Virus record (IMG/VR): IMGVR_UViG_3300042569_002054
DNA length: 64,000 nucleotides
Source of the DNA: a virus
Direction: 5' to 3' (one strand)
Program-made: the position numbers and the translations under genes
Shown: one piece after another, positions 22,639 to 31,900 of the stretch
Layout of the letters: each line of letters starts with the position of its first letter
Position numbering within the stretch: the first letter of the stretch is position 1
Notes under the pieces: model-generated
The model's database searches: none
What the model saw: only the letters and a program-made list of their open reading frames with translations
Told to the model about the DNA's origin: nothing

Positions 22639-24305
22639 GTAATATTACATTAGTTACAGGATTGTGGAATATTGGAAGAGAAAATCTTGAAGAAGGTTGG
22701 TCTCGTTCTTTTTCACATTATTTAGAAAAATTTGAACAACTATTAAAAGTTGAAGAAAACTTAATAATTTTTGGTGAAAAGGAATTGGAGGAATTTGTTT
22801 GGGAAAGAAGAGACCAAAGTAATACCCAATTTATTTTAAGAGATAAGAGTTGGTTTGTTGAAAATGACTTTTACAATAAAATACAAGAAATTAGAAATAA
22901 TCCTGAATGGTATAATCAATCAGGGTGGTTAAAAGAATCAACACAAGGTAGATTGGAAATATACAATCCACTTGTTATGTCAAAAATGTTTATATTAAAT
23001 GATGCAAGGATTTTTGATAAGTTTAATTCAGAGTTTTTATTTTGGATTGACGCTGGACTTACAAATACTGTTCACCCCGGATATTTCACACATGATAAGG
23101 TGTTAGATAATTTAAGTAAGTATATAGATAAGTTTACATTTGTTTGTTTTCCATACGATGCAAGTAATGAGATACACGGATTTTCATATCCAAAGATTAA
23201 TCAGTGGGCTGAAGATGATGTAAAAAAAGTTGCTCGTGGTGGATTTTTTGGAGGTCCTAAAGAAACCATATCACAGATGAATGGTGAATACTATAACCTA
23301 TTGAATGATACACTATCAAGTGGGTACATGGGAACGGAAGAGTCAATATTTTCAATAATGGTTTATAAGTTAAGTGAATACATAAATTATTTTGAAATTG
23401 AATATAATGGTTTATTTGGGAAATTCTTTGAGGATTTAAAAGATGATGTTTTAGTTAAAAAGACAGAGTTTGTTAAAATTCAAAATGATTTAGATATAGA
23501 TAAAGTTGCGTTGTATGTAATAACATTCAATTCACCAAAACAATTTGAAACATTAATTAAATCTATGATTGAATATGATAGGGATTTCTTGGAAAAACCA
23601 AAGAAATTTTTATTGGATAACTCTACAGATTTATCAACAACTGAAGAATACTTAAAACTTTGTAAAGAATATGACTTTGAACATATTAAAAAAGATAACA
23701 TAGGTATTACAGGTGGAAGACAATGGACTGCGGAACACTTTGATGAAACGGGGTTGGACTATATGTTATTCTTTGAGGATGATATGTTTTTTTACTCACA
23801 AAAAAATGAAGTGTGTAGAAATGGGTTTAACAGATATGTAAGTAATCTATATCAAAAAAGTTTAGAGATAGTTAACAAAGAAAACTTTGATTTTTTAAAA
23901 TTAAATTTTTCAGAGTTTTATGGTGATAATAGTACTCAGTGGAGTTGGTATAATGTTCCACAAAATTTCAGAGAACAACATTGGCCAAAAAATCCAAGAT
24001 TACCTCAACAGGGTTTAGACCCAAATGCTCCAAAAACAAAATTCAACGAGATTAAAACACATAAAGGTTTACCATACGCTTCAGGTGAAATTTATTTGTG
24101 TAACTGGCCAATAATCCTTTCAAAAAGTGGGAGTTATAAATGTTATTTGGAAACAAAATATCAACACCCATATGAACAAACTTTAATGTCTCATAACTTC
24201 CAAAACACAATTAAAGGTAAATTAAAACCAGGTATTTTATTACTCACTCCTACCGAACATGATAGATTTGAACATTATGATAGTAATTTAAGAAAAGAAT
24301 GTTGA
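22635..24305 (+). CDS. HtrL/YibB-like domain fused to a second GT-A (GT2-like) domain
   Basis: ITLVTGLWNIGRE...YNPLVMSKMF...FWIDAG (HtrL-like), then ALYVITFNSP...FLLDNS...MLFFEDD. Confidence 0.7.
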   Translation: MSNITLVTGLWNIGRENLEEGWSRSFSHYLEKFEQLLKVEENLIIFGEKELEEFVWERRDQSNTQFILRDKSWFVENDFYNKIQEIRNNPEWYNQSGWLKESTQGRLEIYNPLVMSKMFILNDARIFDKFNSEFLFWIDAGLTNTVHPGYFTHDKVLDNLSKYIDKFTFVCFPYDASNEIHGFSYPKINQWAEDDVKKVARGGFFGGPKETISQMNGEYYNLLNDTLSSGYMGTEESIFSIMVYKLSEYINYFEIEYNGLFGKFFEDLKDDVLVKKTEFVKIQNDLDIDKVALYVITFNSPKQFETLIKSMIEYDRDFLEKPKKFLLDNSTDLSTTEEYLKLCKEYDFEHIKKDNIGITGGRQWTAEHFDETGLDYMLFFEDDMFFYSQKNEVCRNGFNRYVSNLYQKSLEIVNKENFDFLKLNFSEFYGDNSTQWSWYNVPQNFREQHWPKNPRLPQQGLDPNAPKTKFNEIKTHKGLPYASGEIYLCNWPIILSKSGSYKCYLETKYQHPYEQTLMSHNFQNTIKGKLKPGILLLTPTEHDRFEHYDSNLRKEC

Positions 24306-24313
24306 TTTTTTGA

Positions 24314-24320
24314 TATTTAT
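24314..24320 (+). promoter_or_regulatory. TATTTAT candidate late-promoter motif
   Basis: Before ATG 24335. Confidence 0.45.
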
Positions 24321-24334
24321 TTAAAAAACTATTA

Positions 24335-24703
24335 ATGGAATTTTTTATTAACAAAGGTGCAACACTGCCTGTTCTTAAAATGCAAGTGGTTAAAGATGGT
24401 ATTGCTGACATAACAGAGTTTATGTCATTAATAGAAAACTCGTTGATTTATTTTTCCATGATAGATGTTAAAACGGGAGGTTACAAGATTCTGAATAAGA
24501 AAGGAGGGTTTGTTGAAAAGACATTTATTGACCCAAACGCTGAGACAGAGTACTATGTTTATTATAAATTCACTTCAAGCGATACAAGTAGAGAGGGACT
24601 TTATGAAGGAGAGTTTGTTTTTATCACTGATACAGGAACTTATATTTTACCAATCAGAGAAAAACTTACGATAAAAATTGGTAATAGTTACGTATCTATT
24701 TAA
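24335..24703 (+). CDS. BppU-N-like Ig-fold baseplate-associated protein
   Basis: FFINKGATLPVL...YKFTSSDTSREGLYEGEF; paralogous to the N-terminus of the next gene. Confidence 0.55.
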   Translation: MEFFINKGATLPVLKMQVVKDGIADITEFMSLIENSLIYFSMIDVKTGGYKILNKKGGFVEKTFIDPNAETEYYVYYKFTSSDTSREGLYEGEFVFITDTGTYILPIREKLTIKIGNSYVSI

Positions 24704-24704
24704 T

Positions 24705-25913
24705 ATGGAATGGTTTATTAAGAAAAATTCAACGTTACCAGTTTTCCAAGTTGAGATATCAAAAGACGGAAGAAGTGATTTTGGTTTAGATGAAAATATT
24801 TCGGGTAATACAATTTTAATTTCGGTATATGATGAAGTTAATAAGAAATATATTGTAGCGTCTAAAGAATGTTATATTACAACAAGTGCGTCTACTGTTA
24901 ATCCTTTAGATATTACTTATTATGTAAACTATCAATTTACAAGTAGAGAAACTAAAAATGAGGGTAAGTTTTTAGTTCAGTTTTTAAAACAATCATCTCA
25001 GGGTATTGTTATTATACCATTACCTCAAAAAATTTATGTAAGTGTTCTTAGTAGTTTTAGTTTAAACTCTTACTCTTATCCGACTAATAATCCTTACATT
25101 ATTGATAGACCATGTTGTAACGCACCAGCTCTACCTGCAACACCTACACCAACACCATCTATTACTCCAAGTGTTACTCCAACAATGTCTTTAACACCAT
25201 CACTAACTCCAACTCTCACACCTACAACAACTACAACACCTACATTTACTCCTACACCATCTATTACAACACCACAATATTATGCTTATGTATTCGCAGA
25301 ACCACAAGATTCTTCGGCAAGTGGTTCGTTGTATGGATTAGGAAGTTATATGTATTACTTATCGGATGGTATAACACCTGATACTAATGTTAATTGGTAC
25401 GGATGGGGTAACTCGGGAGCTCTTCCATTACCAACAAATCCAAACTACAGTTATATGATGAACAAATACTCATCATACTCAGGATTTACAGGTGGAACAG
25501 GAAACTTTGTTAAACCTACAGACTTAAAAGGTGCGTTAAATCAATTCCCAAATACTATCAATGATAGTTTTGGATGTTTAATTAACCAATACACTTTTGA
25601 AACAATAGAAGTTAATAATAGTGATATTAACACTAGTTTACAGTACATGTATACGATTTGGATACCACTTGATGGTGTCGGAGGAACTTTAAATAATATG
25701 AGTGTAAATGTTGGTTATCAATCACAACCTTGTGACTTTGATATTTTAGCAACTCCTGACCCTAAAATTTCGGTTGGGGATATTACAATAACTCCAGGTG
25801 GAGCGATACCTGCGGGAACTTATAGAGTATTATACTTATCAAACGATGGATTGTTACCTCCAAAACTTCCTGATAATAACAATTATTATTTCAAAGGGGT
25901 GTATAAAACCTAA
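24705..25913 (+). CDS. BppU-N-like domain + Thr/Pro linker + domain shared with 13488-14492
   Basis: Start moved to ATG 24705 (MEWFIKKNSTLP); TP linker at about 25133-25275. Confidence 0.7.
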   Translation: MEWFIKKNSTLPVFQVEISKDGRSDFGLDENISGNTILISVYDEVNKKYIVASKECYITTSASTVNPLDITYYVNYQFTSRETKNEGKFLVQFLKQSSQGIVIIPLPQKIYVSVLSSFSLNSYSYPTNNPYIIDRPCCNAPALPATPTPTPSITPSVTPTMSLTPSLTPTLTPTTTTTPTFTPTPSITTPQYYAYVFAEPQDSSASGSLYGLGSYMYYLSDGITPDTNVNWYGWGNSGALPLPTNPNYSYMMNKYSSYSGFTGGTGNFVKPTDLKGALNQFPNTINDSFGCLINQYTFETIEVNNSDINTSLQYMYTIWIPLDGVGGTLNNMSVNVGYQSQPCDFDILATPDPKISVGDITITPGGAIPAGTYRVLYLSNDGLLPPKLPDNNNYYFKGVYKT

Positions 25914-25943
25914 AAAAAAGATAATTATTAGTAAGTAAAAAAA

Positions 25944-28900
25944 ATGGCAATACCGTATCAAAATCCAATAAGTGCGTCCCAAATTACAGGACCTTTCAGT
26001 GTAGCGAGAACAAGTCCATACGGAACCAATTTTAATGTTTTAAATGTTGGTGGATGGCAAGAGGCGGCATACCTTACTAATTTAGGTTTAACATTTAGTG
26101 GGCAAGGACAACAACAATTAAGTGTTAATAATATACCTATTAATATTAACATTGGTAACGGTACATTTTCTCCAACATATTTAACTTTAAATTCTGACAA
26201 TTTCTCTTCGGGTAGAAGAAGATTGGGTATGATTGTTTGGGTTAATGAAACTGAAACGGCATATCAATATCAAATAGACAATTACAATGATTTATGGGAT
26301 GCTGCAGTAAGTGCTAATTCTGTAACTCAATTATCTTACGAAACTATTATAAAGAATAATACACCTGAAGGTCAGGCATTTATTAATGCTTGGACAGGCT
26401 CAACTATTGAAGGTGTTAGTGGTGTTACAAGAGAAAATGCGAGATGGAGAGTTTTTGCTCAAGGTACTGAATTAACGGGTGGTACTTATTTTTCAGGTAC
26501 AAGTACATTAGAATTATATAATAGTGATGGAACTATTATTTCTGTAACAGGTATTACGGCATCTGGTTCTAATGGTAGTTCTGGAACATCAGGTTCTGCG
26601 GGTACAAGTGGTTCTTCAGGAAGTGCTGGTTCTTCAGGTAACTCTGGTTCTTCAGGTTCAGCAGGTACAAGTGGAACTTCAGGTAGTTCTGGTTCATCAG
26701 GTAGTTCTGGTTCTGCGGGTACATCAGGAACAAGTGGAACGTCTGGTTCATCAGGGGATAGCGGTTCTTCGGGAAGTGCTGGAACTAGCGGTAGTTCAGG
26801 TAGTGCTGGAACATCAGGTATTAATGGTGTTGATGGTGCAAGTGGAACATCAGGTACAAGTGGTTCATCAGGACTATCAGGTACTGGAGGTTCTTCGGGT
26901 ACATCAGGAACATCTGGCTCCTCAGGTTCATCAGGTTCTTCAGGAAGTGTGGGAACAAGTGGAACGTCAGGTTCTTCGGGAAGTTCTGGTACAAGCGGAA
27001 CTTCAGGAACTTCAGGTTCAAGTGGTTCATCGGGAAGTTCAGGTTCAAGTGGTTCATCGGGTACATCAGGTAGTACTGGTACTAGTGGTAGTAGTGGAAC
27101 AAGCGGAACGTCGGGTTCATCAGGTTCTGCGGGAAGTAGTGGTTTATCAGGTAGTGTTGGAACATCTGGCTCAAGTGGTAGTTCAGGTAGTTCTGGTTCA
27201 TCAGGTACATCTGGCTCAAGTGGTAGCTCTGGTTCAACAGGTTCGTCAGGTAGTAGTGGTATAACTGGGTCTTCAGGTACGAGTGGTAGTTCTGGCACAT
27301 CAGGTTCATCTGGTAGTTCAGGTTCTTCAGGTTCATCTGGTAGTTCAGGTTCTTCAGGTAGTACTGGTTCATCAGGAACTAGCGGAACATCAGGAACATC
27401 AGGTACAAGTGGTAGTTCAGGTTCTACAGGAACATCGGGTTCTACAGGAACATCGGGTTCATCAGGTAGTAGTGGCTCAAGTGGAAGTTCAGGATTGACA
27501 GGTTCATCAGGAACATCGGGTTCATCAGGGACATCGGGTTCATCAGGTAGTTCTGGTTCAAGTGGTAGTAGCGGAAGTACAGGGTCTTCGGGCACAAGTG
27601 GTAGTTCTGGTACATCAGGTTCATCAGGAAGTTCAGGTTCATCAGGTTCTAGCGGTAGTGTTGGAACTTCGGGAACAAGTGGTTCAAGTGGAAGTTCAGG
27701 TTCTTCAGGAAGTGTAGGAACATCAGGTACAAGTGGAAGTTCAGGTTCGTCTGGCTCAAGTGGAAATACAGGTTCAAGTGGAACGAGTGGTTCATCAGGT
27801 ACATCTGGCTCAAGTGGTAGTTCAGGTTCGTCTGGCTCAAGTGGTTCAAGTGGAAGTTCAGGTTCATCTGGAAGTGTAGGAACATCAGGTACAAGTGGTA
27901 GTTCAGGTTCTTCAGGTAGTTCAGGTGTTAATGGTTCTTCAGGGACTAGTGGTAGTTCGGGAACATCTGGTTCTTCAGGAAGTTCGGGTTCATCAGGTTC
28001 TAGTGGTAGTTCAGGAACATCTGGCTCAAGCGGGTCTTCTGGTTCAAGTGGAAGTACTGGTTCTTCAGGAAGTGCAGGTACATCGGGTAGTGTAGGAACT
28101 AGCGGTAGTTCTGGTTCATCTGGTTCTTCAGGTAGTACTGGCTCAAGTGGTACTTCAGGTTCTTCGGGAAGTTCTGGTACTAGTGGTTCATCAGGTAGTG
28201 TAGGTACTAGTGGTTCATCAGGTAGTTCTGGTTCAAGTGGTAGTAGCGGAAGTACAGGGTCTTCTGGTACAAGTGGGAGCTCAGGAACATCTGGTACAAG
28301 CGGTAGTTCTGGGTCATCTGGTTCAGTTGGTACAAGCGGTTCATCAGGTAGTGTTGGAACATCTGGTTCATCAGGTTCTGTTGGTACTTCAGGAACATCG
28401 GGTTCATCAGGTAGTACTGGTTCAAGTGGAAGTTCAGGAAGTAGTGGTAGTGTAGGAACAAGTGGTTCTTCAGGGACATCTGGCTCAACAGGTACTTCAG
28501 GAACATCAGGTTCAAGTGGGTCTTCAGGTAGTTCGGGTTCATCAGGAAGTTCAGGTACAAGCGGAACATCAGGTTCAGTAGGAACAAGTGGTTCATCGGG
28601 AAGTTCAGGGTCAACAGGAACTTCAGGTTCAAGTGGGTCTTCAGGTAGTTCAGGAAGTAGCGGAACATCTGGTTCTAGTGGAAGTGTTGGAACTTCTGGT
28701 ACATCAGGAACAAGTGGTTCATCGGGAAGTTCTGGTTCTGCCGGTACAAGTGGAAGTGTAGGAACAAGTGGTACTTCAGGTTCATCTGGCTCAAGTGGAA
28801 GTTCAGGTTCAACAGGTAGTTCAGGTACTAGCGGTTCATCTGGAAGTTCTGGTTCTGCAGGTACAAGTGGAAGTTCTGGTTCTTCAGGTAGTACGGGTTC

Positions 28901-31900
28901 AAGAGGAACTAGCGGAACATCAGGAAGTTCTGGTTCTGTTGGAACTAGTGGAACGTCTGGTTCAGTAGGAACTAGCGGAACATCTGGAACAAGTGGTTCA
29001 TCAGGTTCTAGCGGTAGCGCTGGAAGCTCAGGAACGTCAGGTTCTAGCGGTAGCACAGGTTCAAGTGGTTCTACTGGCACGTCAGGTTCTTCAGGAACAA
29101 GTGGTTCTGTAGGTACAAGCGGAACATCTGGTTCCTCAGGAAGTGTAGGTACTTCAGGTACTAGTGGAAGCTCAGGAAGTGTAGGAACATCTGGTTCAAG
29201 TGGTACTACTGGTACCTCAGGAACATCAGGTAGTTCAGGTTCTAGCGGAAGTTCAGGTTCAAGTGGAACTAGTGGTAGTTCAGGAAGTTCTGGTTCATCG
29301 GGTAGTAGCGGTAGTTCTGGTAGTGTAGGAACATCTGGTTCTTCAGGAAGTTCTGGTTCAAGTGGTTCATCCGGAAGTTCAGGTTCTACAGGTTCAAGAG
29401 GAACATCGGGTACTTCAGGAACTAGCGGTTCAAGTGGAAGTACAGGAACTAGTGGTACATCAGGTTCAACGGGGACTTCAGGAACAAGTGGTTCAACTGG
29501 AACATCAGGTACAAGTGGAAGTACAGGGTCTTCAGGAAGCTCTGGTACGTCGGGTAGTGTAGGTACTAGCGGTAGTTCAGGCTCTAGCGGAAGTACAGGA
29601 ACTAGTGGAACCTCTGGTTCAACAGGGACTAGCGGTTCATCAGGTAGTTCAGGTTCAAGTGGAAGTTCAGGTAGTAGTGGTAGCGTTGGAACTTCTGGTA
29701 CATCAGGTTCAAGTGGTTCTTCAGGAAGTGCAGGTTCTAGTGGAAGTACTGGAACCTCAGGAACATCAGGTAGTTCTGGTTCTTCAGGTAGTTCAGGTTC
29801 AAGTGGTAGTGTTGGAACATCAGGTTCATCGGGTAGTGTAGGTACTAGCGGTTCTTCTGGTTCAAGTGGAAGTTCAGGTTCTAGCGGAAGTACAGGGTCA
29901 AGCGGAACTAGTGGTAATTCAGGTTCGTCTGGTTCAAGTGGAAGTTCAGGTTCATCTGGAAGTGTAGGAACAAGTGGAACCTCAGGTTCAGTAGGTACAA
30001 GTGGTACATCAGGAAGTTCAGGCTCAAGTGGTAGTACGGGTTCATCTGGTACTAGCGGCTCTTCGGGAAGTACTGGGTCATCTGGAAGTTCAGGTTCAAC
30101 AGGAACTAGCGGTTCTTCAGGAACATCAGGTAGTAGCGGTTCTAGTGGTAGTGCTGGAACAAGTGGTAGTTCTGGTTCTGTTGGTACATCTGGGTCAAGC
30201 GGAAGTAGTGGTTCATCGGGAAGTGTAGGCACATCCGGTTCTTCAGGCTCTAGCGGTAGTGCTGGAAGTTCAGGAAGTGTTGGTACATCAGGGACTAGTG
30301 GTAGTTCAGGTTCTTCTGGTTCAAGTGGTAGTGTTGGTACATCAGGTACTAGCGGTTCATCAGGTACTAGCGGTTCATCAGGGTCAAGCGGAACTAGCGG
30401 TAGTTCAGGTTCTAGCGGTTCTTCAGGAAGTTCTGGGTCATCTGGCTCTTCAGGTAGTACAGGTTCAAGAGGAACTAGCGGTACTTCAGGAACTAGTGGT
30501 AGTGTAGGTACATCCGGTTCTTCAGGTAGTTCGGGAACATCAGGAAGTAGTGGAAGTTCAGGTTCTGCAGGTACAAGTGGAAGTGTAGGAACATCTGGAA
30601 CTTCTGGTTCAAGTGGGTCATCAGGTTCAAGTGGTAGTGTTGGAACTAGCGGTTCATCAGGAACAAGTGGTTCGTCAGGTTCTAGCGGTAGTGCTGGAAG
30701 CTCAGGAAGTACTGGTTCATCAGGTTCTGCGGGAAGTGCTGGTACATCAGGGGTTAATGGTTCTTCAGGAACATCAGGTTCTGCTGGCTCAAGTGGAAGT
30801 TCAGGTTCTTCAGGTAGTTCGGGTTCAGTAGGTACAAGCGGAACTTCAGGTTCATCAGGTAGTGCTGGCTCGTCAGGGTCTAGCGGTTCTGTTGGTACTT
30901 CAGGTAGTAGTGGAACATCTGGAAGCTCTGGCTCAAGTGGTAGTGCGGGTTCATCAGGGAGTAGTGGAACTTCAGGTTCATCAGGAAGTTCAGGTTCAAG
31001 TGGTAGTACGGGGTCTTCAGGAAGTTCTGGTTCAACAGGTTCTAGAGGAACTAGCGGAACATCAGGTTCATCTGGAAGTGTTGGTACTTCAGGAACGTCA
31101 GGTTCAGTAGGTTCGTCTGGTTCTTCAGGAACTTCAGGTTCAGTAGGTACTAGTGGAACATCTGGAAGCTCTGGCTCAAGTGGTAGTGCGGGGTCATCAG
31201 GGAGTACTGGTACAAGTGGAAGTTCGGGTTCAACTGGTACTTCAGGTTCAAGTGGAAGTAGTGGCTCATCAGGTTCTTCAGGGAGTACTGGTACAAGTGG
31301 AACATCAGGTTCTAGTGGAAGTAGTGGTAGTTCAGGGTCATCTGGTTCTGCAGGTACATCAGGAAGTAGTGGAAGTTCAGGGTCTAGCGGTAGTTCTGGT
31401 TCATCAGGTACATCGGGAACTAGCGGAAGTTCAGGAACTTCAGGTAGTAGTGGGTCATCAGGTTCAACGGGTAGTTCAGGAAGTAGTGGAACAAGTGGTT
31501 CATCTGGTACTTCAGGTTCATCTGGCTCAAGTGGTAGTACGGGTTCTTCAGGAAGCTCAGGCTCAAGCGGAAGTTCTGGTTCAACAGGTTCTAGAGGAAC
31601 AAGTGGAACTTCTGGTTCGTCAGGAACTAGCGGAACGTCAGGAACATCAGGCTCAAGCGGAAGTGTTGGAACATCTGGTTCGTCAGGAAGTACAGGAACA
31701 TCAGGTAGTGCTGGTTCTTCTGGCTCAAGTGGTAGTTCAGGTTCAAGTGGAAGTACTGGAACATCAGGTTCATCAGGTTCTAGCGGTAGTACTGGAAGCT
31801 CAGGAACGTCAGGTTCTGTAGGTACAAGCGGGACATCAGGAACTTCGGGAAGTACTGGTTCTAGTGGTAGTTCAGGAAGTTCTGGTTCATCGGGTAGTAC

